DNA of 64,000 bases from Myxococcales bacterium (GTDB lineage: Bacteria; Myxococcota_A; UBA9042; JABWCM01; BTVJ01), in the NCBI GenBank assembly GCA_045863395.1, contig BTVJ01000037.1, positions 1-64,000 on the forward strand. Direction: 5' to 3'. Positions 18,805 through 28,356 of this stretch are shown piece by piece; position 1 is the first letter of the stretch, and each line of letters begins with the position of its first letter. The notes under the pieces are model-generated. The model saw only the letters and a program-made list of their open reading frames with translations, ran no database searches and was not told where the DNA came from. Made by a program: the position numbers and the translations under genes.

Positions 18805-20853
18805 TCACTTCTGCGGGGCACGGACGCGGACGCCGCCCACCGGCAGCGCGATCCACACGCGGCCCGTTCGGCTCACCACGACGGAGGTCGGCTGCCGGTG
18901 GAGAGGCTCCCGCAGCGCCACATGGCCCGCGACGAGGTCGTGGACAGCCAGGCCGTAGCTTCCGTCGAGCGTCACGAGCCACCGACCGTCGCGGCTCGCG
19001 GCGAGCGGTGCGCCCGCCGCCGCGACTCTACGCGTCGTCGTCCCGTGCACCGTGACCTGGCCGCCCTCGGCGAGCAGCCACACTCCGTCGCCGACGAGCA
19101 CGGCCTGTCCGCGAGTCTCCGCCGCGAGCGGTCGTGGGGCGCCGCCGTCGAGCAGGCGCAGGTCGAGCCTGTCGGGGTCCGCGTGCATCCGGAAAGTCCC
19201 CGGGGCAGGTGAGTCCTCCCAGGACCGGCCCGCCGTGCGGTCCACGAACGCCGCGGCGTCGGGGGCCAACGCCTCCACCGTGCCGGTCGCCTGCAGCGTG
19301 CGACCCACGGCGAGGGCTCCCGCGGCATCGGGGGATCCGTCTGCTGCGACGCCCGGCGTCCCATCGGGTGCCCCGCCCGGCGCGACCAGCGCCACCGTCC
19401 GTTCTCCGGCCGCTGCGATCCCCGCCGGGCCCCAGGCGAGCCAGCGGACCGCGAAGGGCAGGGCGGCGCGGCGCTCCTCGCCCGTCTGCGCCAGGAGCCG
19501 CAGGTCCGTCCCCTCGCGGGTCGGCAGCGCGACGGCGACGCGCGTCCCCTCGGGAGAGAACGCCACGGCGAGCGGGCCCCGGGGCGGAGCGCCGAGCCCG
19601 GCAGTGAAGATCTCGGAGCTGCTGGTGGCGTCCGTCACCACCAGCGTGAGCCCTGTGGTGGTCCCGATGGGCCCGCGCCGAAGGGACGCCACGCGCGTCT
19701 CGTCCTGAGACAGCGCGAGGGCCTCCGTCACCGGGTCGAACGCGATTCGCACCACGCCGCGCGTCTCCCAGGCTGCGAACACCTCCCCGGCAGGCCCTAC
19801 CGCCAGGGCCTGCGGCGCCTCGTCGAGGAGTGTCTCGGCCAGCAGCGCAGGCTCGCGCCCATCGAAGAGGCGGAGCGACGGCGACTCACGCGACACGGCC
19901 ACCACGGCATGGGCCCCGTCGGGTGTGACGGCGAGCGCGTCCACGTGCCCGTACTCGAAGACGCTCCCCTGCTCCTTCCCAGCGGCGTCATAGACGGCCA
20001 TGCCGCTGTCGAACGCCACGACGCGGCCTCCGTCCAGCAGGCGCGCCTGCGTCTGCGCGCTCACGGGGACGGAGGTCTTCGTCGATGCGCCGCGCAGCGG
20101 GACGACCGTGCGCGTCGCCCCGGTGAGCGCCGCAGAGCCGTCGGGGGCTATCGCGACGAAGGCCTCGTCGCTCGCGTGGCTGGCCCTGGCAGCCCCCGTG
20201 GTCCCGTCCAGGACCACGAGACCCCCGAAGCCCGCCGCGATGACCCCGTCCGCTCCCCAGGCGGCGGTCCATGGCTCGAAGGCGAGCGGCTGCGCCCAGA
20301 GCAGGCGGCCCGCCTCGGTGCTCACGGCGTGGACGCTCGCGCCTCCCCCTGGGGCGCATCCCACGCACAGGATGGCGAGGGCGGCTCCGTCAGGCGAAAA
20401 CGCGAGGGCCCGGACGGACGGGTAGGTCTCTGCCATGCAGGGCGCGGCGCGGCGAGCGTCGTGGCGCCCCCCCAGGCACAGCGGGGTCGCGGCACGGCGC
20501 ACGAGGGTGGTGGCGTCGAGAACGGCGACCCACCATGGCCAGTGGCCCGGCTCGGCGACGACCGTCGCGAGGTGCGCTCCGTCCCGGGTGATCGCGAGCA
20601 GCCGTGCCCCCGCGAGCGCCGCGGGGACCGCCGACCCCTCGGGTGGGTCGGAGACCTCGGGCCAGTCGACGCCCGGCGGGGCGAGCGCGGTCGGGGTGGA
20701 GGGGAGCCCGGGCGGATCGGACGGATAGGGCGGGTCCAGGGGGTCGGCTCCCTGCTTCGCTCCGGCTGATGCCTCACCGGCGGGGCGATGCGCCTCTCCG
20801 TGGCACGAAGGACCGAGGAGCACAAGGGCGAGGACCAGGGTGAATCGAGTCAT
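18805..20853 (-). CDS. WD40/beta-propeller repeat protein, probable lipoprotein
   Basis: MTRFTLVLALVLLGPSC; repeated ALAFSPDG, LAVTPDG, VAFSPEG, ASRDGRW blades. Confidence 0.75.
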   Translation of the reverse strand: MTRFTLVLALVLLGPSCHGEAHRPAGEASAGAKQGADPLDPPYPSDPPGLPSTPTALAPPGVDWPEVSDPPEGSAVPAALAGARLLAITRDGAHLATVVAEPGHWPWWVAVLDATTLVRRAATPLCLGGRHDARRAAPCMAETYPSVRALAFSPDGAALAILCVGCAPGGGASVHAVSTEAGRLLWAQPLAFEPWTAAWGADGVIAAGFGGLVVLDGTTGAARASHASDEAFVAIAPDGSAALTGATRTVVPLRGASTKTSVPVSAQTQARLLDGGRVVAFDSGMAVYDAAGKEQGSVFEYGHVDALAVTPDGAHAVVAVSRESPSLRLFDGREPALLAETLLDEAPQALAVGPAGEVFAAWETRGVVRIAFDPVTEALALSQDETRVASLRRGPIGTTTGLTLVVTDATSSSEIFTAGLGAPPRGPLAVAFSPEGTRVAVALPTREGTDLRLLAQTGEERRAALPFAVRWLAWGPAGIAAAGERTVALVAPGGAPDGTPGVAADGSPDAAGALAVGRTLQATGTVEALAPDAAAFVDRTAGRSWEDSPAPGTFRMHADPDRLDLRLLDGGAPRPLAAETRGQAVLVGDGVWLLAEGGQVTVHGTTTRRVAAAGAPLAASRDGRWLVTLDGSYGLAVHDLVAGHVALREPLHRQPTSVVVSRTGRVWIALPVGGVRVRAPQK

Positions 20854-21054
20854 GGGATGGGTTCGCCTCCTGCGTCCCCGGCCAGCGCACACAGAACCGC
20901 GATGGAGGTTCCCCTCTGCGTCCGACGGGCCCTCAGAGGAGGCAGCCCGGGATGGGGTAGTATGCGCTGCCGCTGCCCGAACTGCACGACCCATGGGTGC
21001 AGCCAGCCGTTGGCTTGCATTGGACGCGCCGCGGACACCGGGACGCGGGAGTCT

Positions 21055-21665
21055 GGCGTACACGCGTTGCCGCCGTTGCACACGACCGCGGTCCCCGAGC
21101 ACGTGCCTCCGCCGCTCGTGTCGTTGCTCGTGCACGCCTTGGCGTCGTTGCACTGCTGGGTGTTCGGCGTGAACACGCAGCCCGCCGCCGCGTTGCAGGA
21201 GTCCGTCATGCACGGGTTCGAGTCGTTGCAGACCGCCGGAGCGCCGCTGCACGCGCCTCCCGAGCAGGTGTCCCCGGTGGTGCAGGCCTTGTCGTCATTG
21301 CACGAGAGGGTGTTGTTCACATGGACGCACCCGCTCGCCGGGTTGCACGTGTCCGTCATGCAGACCTTGCCGTCGTCGCAGGTGATGGGAGTCCCCTTGC
21401 ACGTCTCGCCGCCGCACACGTCGCCCGACGTGCAGGCGCTCCCGTCGCTGCAGGGGGCGAGTTCGGCGCGTTCACGCACGCGCCCGTCGCCGCGTTGCAC
21501 GAGTCACCGGTGCACGGGTTGGCGTCGCTGCAGTTGATCGGGGTCCCGGAGCACGTCACCACGTCCGGTGCCCCCGGCAGGCAGGAGCCACTGTCGCGCG
21601 CGTCGCCTGCCGTGCACGGGTCACCGTCGTCGCAGGGCGCCGCGTTCGGCGTGCAGGCGCCCCCC
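21055..21665 (-). pseudogene. Frameshifted remnant of a Cys-rich CxDxxxCTxDxC repeat surface protein
   Basis: Repeats run in frame of 21356..21727 then switch to frame of 20850..21500 near 21455; several expected Cys replaced (DAR, DTS, DSR); no signal peptide. Confidence 0.75.
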
Positions 21666-21921
21666 CTCGGAGGAGCAACACCGCGAGGAGCAGAAGACGG
21701 TGCGGTGACACGGCTTGCCTCCAGCACGACGTGGACCGCAGGGTCCGCGGCTGGGGGACCGGTCCCGGCGGGAGATCACTGATTCAGCCCACATGCGCGG
21801 TGTGCACAATGCACGCGCAGGTGAAAGCTGCGCGCGACCCCGTCTCGCGCGTCCGCACAGCACAAGGGAGGAAGCACAACCGCCTCATGCGTCGCAGGAC
21901 CAACCGACGTGGGGCCGCCGA

Positions 21922-23220
21922 TCAGAACGTCGCCCGCAGCTCCAGCTCCGCGAAGTGGAGCAGGTCGTCGCTCACGTCGCTGTCGGGGAGGAACAGCGCG
22001 TAGCCGCAGCGCAGGCCGAAGATCTTGCCAGGCTTCCAGAGGATGCCCAGGTCGATCTCCGTCCCCTGGTAGCCGTCCTCGGTCTTGCCCTTCTCCGGGC
22101 GGAAGAACATATGGCCGTCGAGCATGATCTTCAGGACGGGGATGGGGGCGTAGGCGACATGGAGGACCGCCCCTGCGATGTTGGTGCGCGGGCCGATGAA
22201 GTCTGAGTAGCCGAGCCACTTGTGGGCGGTCGGGAAGAGCTGGAACCAGCCCTCGTCCTTGTCCGCCGTGCCGCCGTCGTCGCCGCTCGCGAAGAGACCC
22301 TCGACGGCCACCCGAAACGCCCGGTTCTCCAGGAAGCCGAGCCCGATCTCGGCGTTGCCGTGGAAGCCGAGGGCGTCGACACCTCCGCGCCTGCCCACCT
22401 GGACGCCGGCCTCCACGCGGTAGTCGAGGAGCTTGTCGGCGACCAGGCCCTTGTGGCGGGCACCGAAGGTCATCTCCGTGGTCTCCTTGATGGTCGCTCC
22501 CGCCTCGGTGGTCTCGGGAGCCAGGCGCGCGAAGAGGTAGAGATCCAGGTCGAAGCCCTCTCCGAGGAGCGGCCCCAGCCCCGCGTAGGCGCCGAGGAAG
22601 TAGGAGTCTCCGGCGCCGAAGTCCTCGCCCACCTGGGGCGTGGACGTGAAGCCCTCGATGAGCATGGTCACGAACACGTCGAGCCACGGCCCCTTGTCGC
22701 CAAACTCGGCGTGGGCGCGGAGCCCGTCGAAGGCCCGGCCCAGGTGGTGCCAGGCCACGGTCCCGATGACCAGCTCGTCGCCGTAGCTCATCTCGAAGCG
22801 CCCGAAGTCGAAGCGGAAGCCGGGGGCCGCGAGCGCGACGTAGCCCTCGTGCAGGCCGAGCACCGCGTCCACCAGGTCGTCGCCCCCCACCCCGAGGAAG
22901 CCGCCGGTCTGCGGCGCCATCACCGCCTGCAGGGTGAAGCCCTTGGCCACCTCCAGGTGAGCGGTTTTCAATATCATCTTGGCCCGGTAGCGGAAGTAGT
23001 CCTCCGCAGAGATTGTGACTCCCGGGCTCGCGTAGTTCCTGCGCGTCTCGAAGCGGGTGAAGAAGTCGCCGCCAATCTGGATCGGAAACTCCGCGTCCGC
23101 GCCGCTCTCCGCGCCGGCAGAGTCGACATCGACGCCGCCCACCGTCTCAGCCACCTCCGCGCTGGCGCCCACCGGTGTCCAAAGCAGGGCCGCGCACACG
23201 GCGGCCAACGCCCGTCTCAT
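21922..23220 (-). CDS. Alginate-export-family outer membrane beta-barrel (porin)
   Basis: AGGAGGAG RBS; signal peptide; GRFEMSYGDELVIG...RAFDGLR, ASGDD, FQLFPTAHKWLG, GTEID, terminal Phe. Confidence 0.85.
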   Translation of the reverse strand: MRRALAAVCAALLWTPVGASAEVAETVGGVDVDSAGAESGADAEFPIQIGGDFFTRFETRRNYASPGVTISAEDYFRYRAKMILKTAHLEVAKGFTLQAVMAPQTGGFLGVGGDDLVDAVLGLHEGYVALAAPGFRFDFGRFEMSYGDELVIGTVAWHHLGRAFDGLRAHAEFGDKGPWLDVFVTMLIEGFTSTPQVGEDFGAGDSYFLGAYAGLGPLLGEGFDLDLYLFARLAPETTEAGATIKETTEMTFGARHKGLVADKLLDYRVEAGVQVGRRGGVDALGFHGNAEIGLGFLENRAFRVAVEGLFASGDDGGTADKDEGWFQLFPTAHKWLGYSDFIGPRTNIAGAVLHVAYAPIPVLKIMLDGHMFFRPEKGKTEDGYQGTEIDLGILWKPGKIFGLRCGYALFLPDSDVSDDLLHFAELELRATF

Positions 23221-23528
23221 GGGTCTCCTCCTTCGGTCGAGTCCATGCACATGCGCAACAACCGCACGCCGGCGTCCGTCGCCAGCAGCGTGTCGCACCA
23301 GTCCTTGTCGTCGTAGCGGTAGCGGACCTGCGCCGCGCGAATCTGCCCAGTTGCCAAGAGTGGAGGCAGCTCCAGCACGTCTCTCTGCGCCCGCGAGGAC
23401 AGCTCCTGCGGCGCGCCTCGCAGCAGCACCTCGTGCACCGAGGTCAGCGCAGCGAGATCCCGCACCAACTCGTCCAGCATCGCCGCGTCGAGCACCGCCT
23501 CGCGAAGCTCGGGGAGTCTCTGGGTCAT
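23217..23528 (-). CDS. Hypothetical protein (103 aa) within nap operon
   Basis: 4-bp overlaps with both neighbours; MTQRLPEL...QVRYRYDDKDWCDTLL. Confidence 0.75.
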   Translation of the reverse strand: MTQRLPELREAVLDAAMLDELVRDLAALTSVHEVLLRGAPQELSSRAQRDVLELPPLLATGQIRAAQVRYRYDDKDWCDTLLATDAGVRLLRMCMDSTEGGDP

Positions 23529-24103
23529 CGCATCACCGGAAGCAGAATGATCGCATTTCTGGGGGCCGGGCAGACGTGCTGGCAGATGCCGCAGCCCGTG
23601 CATGCCTCCTGGACCACCCGCGGGCGCCCGCCGTCGCGGACAATCGCGCCCGGCACCGGACAGCGCTCGGCGCACGCGGCACAGCCCGTCTGCGCCATGC
23701 AATCCATGGGGTTGATGTGGGCCGTCCCCATGCGCACCCTCCCGACTGGCAAGAGCGCCCCGCTCGGGCACGCCTCGATGCATGGCGTCCCCGTGCACAG
23801 CAAGCAGGGCTGGCGCAGAGGGTCGATCATCGGGGTCCCCTCGGCTCCCCTCGCCCGCGCCGGGACGATGGCGTTCGGGGGGCACGCCGTCGCGCACAGG
23901 TCGCAGTGGGCGCAAGCGGCCAGGAAGTCCGCCTCCCCGATGGCCCCCGGGGGGCGCAGCAGCAGCGGGGCCCGGCGGCGGCGGGGCTCCGGGGCCGTCT
24001 CTTCCGCCGGAACCGCGTCTCCCGAGGCTCCTCCGCCCGGCCACAGCCGCCGCAGGAAGCCTCCGCGGAGCACCTCGCGCCTCGACAGCGTCGCGGCGGT
24101 CAC
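23525..24103 (-). CDS. NapG/MauM (NapF-like) polyferredoxin, four 4Fe-4S motifs
   Basis: GTGA overlap start; SRREVL; LRPPGA; CAHCDLCATACP, CLLCTGTPCIEACP, CMAQTGCAACAERCP, CTGCGICQHVCP. Confidence 0.85.
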   Translation of the reverse strand: MTAATLSRREVLRGGFLRRLWPGGGASGDAVPAEETAPEPRRRRAPLLLRPPGAIGEADFLAACAHCDLCATACPPNAIVPARARGAEGTPMIDPLRQPCLLCTGTPCIEACPSGALLPVGRVRMGTAHINPMDCMAQTGCAACAERCPVPGAIVRDGGRPRVVQEACTGCGICQHVCPAPRNAIILLPVMR

Positions 24104-24891
24104 GGCGCCCCCCCGTGCGCGCTGGCCCAGGGCGGCGGCAGCTCCTCCCGAAGCCCGGGCCGCTGGTCCAGCCCGGCGGACAGCGCGTGGCACTGGGTGC
24201 AGCTCTGGCGCCAGGGGTGCGTGGTCTGCAACCCCTCCCGCCCCGCGGGCCCGTGGCAGCTCGCGCACTCGCTCCGCATCAGCGTCGGGTGGGGGATGGT
24301 CGGCGGCGCCCCGACCCAGGCCCGCGTCCCCTCGCCCGGGTGCCGGAGGCCCGCGAAGCCGTTGTCTCCCATCGTGTATGCCAGCTCCTCGTCGGGGGTG
24401 AACACCCCGCCCATGGGCACGTGGCACTGGGTGCAGCTCGAGTACTTCGCGTGGCTGATCCCCGGCGCGCGCAGCTCACCCACCACCGCCCCGGTCTCGT
24501 GGCACACCAGGCACGGCAAGCCCCCGCGCTGGGGCACGGGGTGCGGCACCATGGGCGGCGCCCCGTCATAGGCCCGCAGGTGGGCCCGCGCCTCCAGGCT
24601 CTTCGCCTTCAGCTCGGGCTTCACGACGATCACCGAGTCCGGCGGAGGCACCACGGGCCGCAGCGCCGACAGGGACTGGGGGGTGCTCTTGCGCTCCCAG
24701 AAGGGCGCCTGCTGGAGCTCCTTCCACGACTTCGCCGCGGGCACCTCGCCTGTCAGTGTGGCCGGCGGGGGCTCCACGGCGGGGACCTCCAGCGGCCGGG
24801 TCCCGAGCACGAAGCCGACGACGGAGACCGCGATCACCGCCGCGGTGAACACCGTCACCTGGCGGCGGAACGTGCCGTTCTCCTGTCCCAT
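24100..24891 (-). CDS. napB: NapB-like cytochrome c with duplicated domain (four CxxCH)
   Basis: N-terminal TM; RAYDGAPPMVPH..CLVCH..CTQCH then RAWVGAPPTIPH..CASCH..CTQCH. Confidence 0.85.
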   Translation of the reverse strand: MGQENGTFRRQVTVFTAAVIAVSVVGFVLGTRPLEVPAVEPPPATLTGEVPAAKSWKELQQAPFWERKSTPQSLSALRPVVPPPDSVIVVKPELKAKSLEARAHLRAYDGAPPMVPHPVPQRGGLPCLVCHETGAVVGELRAPGISHAKYSSCTQCHVPMGGVFTPDEELAYTMGDNGFAGLRHPGEGTRAWVGAPPTIPHPTLMRSECASCHGPAGREGLQTTHPWRQSCTQCHALSAGLDQRPGLREELPPPWASAHGGAP

Positions 24892-24901
24892 GACAGCCTC
24901 C

Positions 24902-27283
24902 TCACGCCTTGCGGATGCGCGCTGCGCACTTCTTGTAGTCCGGCTGCTTGGAGAACGGGTCGTGGGCGTCGAGCGTCAGGTCGTTGACCAGCAGGCGCTC
25001 GTCGAAGAAGGGGATGAACACCGACCCCTTCGGCGGCGCCCCGCGCCCGTTGATCCACGCGGCCAGCCGCAGCGACCCGCGCCGCGTCTCCACCACCACC
25101 GCGTCGCCGTTCCCGACCCCCACGGCCGCCGCGTCGTCCGGGTGGACCTCCACGTAGGCCTGGGGCATGGCGCGCCGGAGCTGCGGGATCCGCATGGTCA
25201 TGGTCCCCGAGTGCCAGTGCTCCAGCACCCGGCCCGTGCAGAGCCACAGCGGATACTCCTGGTCGGGCACCTCCGGGGGCGCCTCGTAGGGGCGGAACCA
25301 GATCTGCGCCCGGTCGTCCTTGGTCGTCGAGTGGTAGAACTGGATGCGCCGCCCCTTCTCCACGAAGGGGTCCGCCCCCTCAGAGAACCGGAACCGCGTC
25401 TCCTTCCAGCTCCCGTCCGCGGCTTGGACCACCGGCCACCGGAGCCCCCGCGCCTTCACGTACTCCTCATAGGGCGCCAGGTTCTTGTGCTTGATGGTCG
25501 TGAACTGGCGGTACTCCTCGAAGAGCGCCCGGTCCACGTTCACGTCGTAGAAGCGCTCCCACTGCCAGACCGGCACCTCGCGCCCGGCGTCGTCCCTCAT
25601 CGCGAAGAGGAAGCGCCCGTCCTTGTCCTTCATCCCCGGGTGGCCGAGCTCGTCCAGCCGCCGCGCCACCGCGATGGTCTGCCACACGTCGTCCCGCGCC
25701 TCCCCCGGCGGCTCCACCATCTTGAACCACTGCTGGGTGCGGCGCTCCGAGTTGCCGAACATGCCGTTCTTCTCGACCCACATGGCGCTCGGCAGGACCA
25801 GGTCCGCCTCGGCCGTGGTCGCCGTGGGGTAGACGTCGCTGACGATGAGGAACTTGTCCTCGCCGGGCTTCCGGTGGTTGAACAGCTTGTGGCGGTTCGG
25901 CAGGGTCTGGCCCGGGTTCGTCACCTGCACCCAGATGGTGTGGATGTCTCCCCCTTGAGCTGCCGGCGTCGAGAACTTCTCCCACATCAAGACCGTGTGA
26001 TAGCCCGGCGTCCCGTTGAGGCGCCCCTCGGGCAGGTTCCAGCCCTTCTCCACCACCGCCCGGTGCTCGGGCTTCGCCACCAGCAGGCCGCCGGGCAGTG
26101 CGTGAGCCAGCGTCCCCACCTCGCGCACCGTCCCGCACGCGCTCGGCTGCCCCGTCAGGCTGGTCGGCGCGTCCCCGGGGCGCCCGAAGTGCCCGCTCAG
26201 CAGGTGGATGCCGTGGACCAGCGAGTTGATGGCCGTGCCCCGAGTGTGCTGGTTCATGCCCATGCACCAGAGGCTCGTGATGCGCAGGTCCCGCCGCCCG
26301 AAGAGGTCTCCCAGCATGCGGATCTGGTCCGCCGGCACCCCCGAGAGCTCCTCCACCCGCTCCGGCGTGTACTCGGCGACCTTCTTCTTGTACTCGTCGA
26401 AGGTCATGGGATCGCCGAGCAGATCCCCCTCCTTGTCCTTGCGGAAGCTGCAGAAGGACTCGGCGAACTCCTTGTCCCACGTGCCCTTGGCGAGGAGCAG
26501 GTGGGCGATGCCGTTGGCGATGGCCAGGTCCGAGTGGGGCCGGAACTCCAGGTAGTGCTGGGCGAAGTCCGTCGTCCGCGTGCGGCGGGTGCCGATGTCG
26601 ATGAGCGTGACCTTCTCGCCCTTGTTGCGCCGGTCCACGATGCGCGAGAACAGGACCGGGTGCATCTCCGCCGGGTTGTTGCCCCAGCAGATGATGACGT
26701 CCGCCTTGTCCAGGTCGTCGTAGCAGCCCGCCGGCTCGTCCACGCCATACGTCGACAGGAAGCCGGTCACCGCCGACGCCATGCACAGGCGCGCGTTGGG
26801 ATCGATGTGGTTGCTGGACAGGCCGCCCTTCACGAGCTTCAGCGCGGCGTAGCCCTCGGGGATGGTCCACTGGCCGCTGCCGTACACCGCGAAGCCCGCC
26901 GGATCCTTCATGACGCGCTTGGCGACCGTGTCGATGGCCTCCTCCCACGAGATGGGCACGAGCTTGCCGCCCTTGCGCAGGAGCGGTGTCTTGAGGCGGT
27001 CCTGTCCGTACAAGACCAGCCCCACGTGGTAGCCCTTGACGCAGAGCAGGCCCTTGTTGACCTCGGCGAGCTGGTCGCCGCGGATGCCGACGACGCGCCC
27101 GTCCTTCACTCCAACGGAGACGTGGCACCCGGTCCCGCAGAACCGACATGGGGCCTTGTTCCAGACGGCGTCGTCCTTGGGCGCCTGGGCGGCGGCGTCC
27201 TCCGGGGCGAGCCGCCCTTCGATTGCAGCGGCGGCGGCGGCCATGGCCGTGGCCTTGATGAAGGTGCGTCGGTCGAGGCTCAT
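24902..27283 (-). CDS. napA: Periplasmic nitrate reductase catalytic subunit
   Basis: DRRTFIK Tat signal; CRFCGTGC..GLLCVKG; NARLCMASAV; WGNNPAEMHP; SLTGQPSACGT; TGRVLEHWHSG; SKQPDYKKCA. Confidence 0.96.
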   Translation of the reverse strand: MSLDRRTFIKATAMAAAAAAIEGRLAPEDAAAQAPKDDAVWNKAPCRFCGTGCHVSVGVKDGRVVGIRGDQLAEVNKGLLCVKGYHVGLVLYGQDRLKTPLLRKGGKLVPISWEEAIDTVAKRVMKDPAGFAVYGSGQWTIPEGYAALKLVKGGLSSNHIDPNARLCMASAVTGFLSTYGVDEPAGCYDDLDKADVIICWGNNPAEMHPVLFSRIVDRRNKGEKVTLIDIGTRRTRTTDFAQHYLEFRPHSDLAIANGIAHLLLAKGTWDKEFAESFCSFRKDKEGDLLGDPMTFDEYKKKVAEYTPERVEELSGVPADQIRMLGDLFGRRDLRITSLWCMGMNQHTRGTAINSLVHGIHLLSGHFGRPGDAPTSLTGQPSACGTVREVGTLAHALPGGLLVAKPEHRAVVEKGWNLPEGRLNGTPGYHTVLMWEKFSTPAAQGGDIHTIWVQVTNPGQTLPNRHKLFNHRKPGEDKFLIVSDVYPTATTAEADLVLPSAMWVEKNGMFGNSERRTQQWFKMVEPPGEARDDVWQTIAVARRLDELGHPGMKDKDGRFLFAMRDDAGREVPVWQWERFYDVNVDRALFEEYRQFTTIKHKNLAPYEEYVKARGLRWPVVQAADGSWKETRFRFSEGADPFVEKGRRIQFYHSTTKDDRAQIWFRPYEAPPEVPDQEYPLWLCTGRVLEHWHSGTMTMRIPQLRRAMPQAYVEVHPDDAAAVGVGNGDAVVVETRRGSLRLAAWINGRGAPPKGSVFIPFFDERLLVNDLTLDAHDPFSKQPDYKKCAARIRKA

Positions 27284-27573
27284 GGGTGGTCCTCCGTCGG
27301 GTGAGCGGGGCGAGCAGCCGCCCCGAAGGCGTGTCGGTCGAAGCGCTCCACGTCCGAGAAGTCGACCGCGACCAGCGCCAGGGAGGCGCCCGGCAGCGCC
27401 TGCACCCGGCGGCACAGGGCAGCGTCCTCCTCGGGCGTCTCGGTCTCGAAGACGAGGGGGACCCGATCACGCGAGGGCGGCCCCACCGTGATGCGGGGGT
27501 CGGCCGCGAGGGCCTCCAGGGTCCTTTCTGCGCCCTCTGGCCCCAGCGTGAGCACCCAACTGCTGATCGGCAT
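27280..27573 (-). CDS. napD: NapD-like chaperone
   Basis: MPISSWVL start, 97 aa, LVFETE motif, ATGA overlap with napA. Confidence 0.75.
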   Translation of the reverse strand: MPISSWVLTLGPEGAERTLEALAADPRITVGPPSRDRVPLVFETETPEEDAALCRRVQALPGASLALVAVDFSDVERFDRHAFGAAARPAHPTEDHP

Positions 27574-27720
27574 CGCGTCCTCCTGCGCGGGTGGTCCCCA
27601 TCGCGTGGTGGAGCATGGCACGACGTTGCGAATGAATCAATACAAAAATGTCTCTTTACATCTGCACCGACTTGTCCTAAACAAAGTGGACGCATGGCCG
27701 GTGGCCAAGGAGGAGCCCCC
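27574..27720. promoter_or_regulatory. AT-rich divergent promoter region between nap and cytochrome/NrfCD operons
   Basis: Sharp AT enrichment (aatgaatcaatacaaaaatgtctctttaca; cttgtcctaaacaaagt) in very GC-rich background; imperfect palindromes. Confidence 0.65.
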
Positions 27721-28356
27721 ATGAAGACCGTCGATGAGTCCCTGGTCCCGCAGGCGAGCGCGCCTCACCGCCGCGGCTCACCGTCGCCGTGGTACGCGCT
27801 GGTCGCGCTCCTGCTCCCGGCCTGCGGGCCTGCGAGCGCGGCGCCCGAGCAGGCACCCGAACCGCAGCCCGGCGGCGCCTTCGTCGAGACCATCCACGTG
27901 CCGCCCGGCATCGGCACCATGCAGACCGACCTGCTCGATCTGCACGGCCGCCCGGTGGAGATCGCCTGCGCGTCCTGCCACGGCGTGCTCCCCCAGATAG
28001 GAGAGATGAAGGAGCCCGACAAGCGCACCTTCCACCAGACCCACAAGCTGGAGCACGGCAAGCTCCAGTGCCGGGCCTGCCACAACCCCGCGAACACCGA
28101 CGTGCTGCGCCTGGCGGACGGCGCCACGGTCCCCTTCGCGGAGGTCATCACGCTGTGCGGCCAGTGCCACGGAACGCAGCTCCGCGACTTCGCCCACGGC
28201 GCCCACGGTGGCGTCAACGGCCACTGGGATCTGCGCCGCGGCGACCGCTCGCGCAACACCTGCGTGGTCTGCCACGACCCGCACGCGCCCAAGATCCCGC
28301 AGGTCCAGCCGGCCCGCGGCCCCAACGACCGCTTCCTCGGAGGAGAGCACCGATGA
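27721..28356 (+). CDS. Tetraheme c-type cytochrome, probable lipoprotein
   Basis: AAGGAGGAG RBS; LLLPAC; CASCH, CRACH, CGQCH, CVVCH. Confidence 0.88.
   Translation: MKTVDESLVPQASAPHRRGSPSPWYALVALLLPACGPASAAPEQAPEPQPGGAFVETIHVPPGIGTMQTDLLDLHGRPVEIACASCHGVLPQIGEMKEPDKRTFHQTHKLEHGKLQCRACHNPANTDVLRLADGATVPFAEVITLCGQCHGTQLRDFAHGAHGGVNGHWDLRRGDRSRNTCVVCHDPHAPKIPQVQPARGPNDRFLGGEHR

Noticed and set aside
21790..21830. Imperfect palindrome downstream of the porin gene
   Set aside because: Could be a terminator or operator but too imperfect to call
27615..27630. Sigma-54-like TGGCACGACGTTGC
   Set aside because: GG to GC spacing is 9 nt, not the required 10
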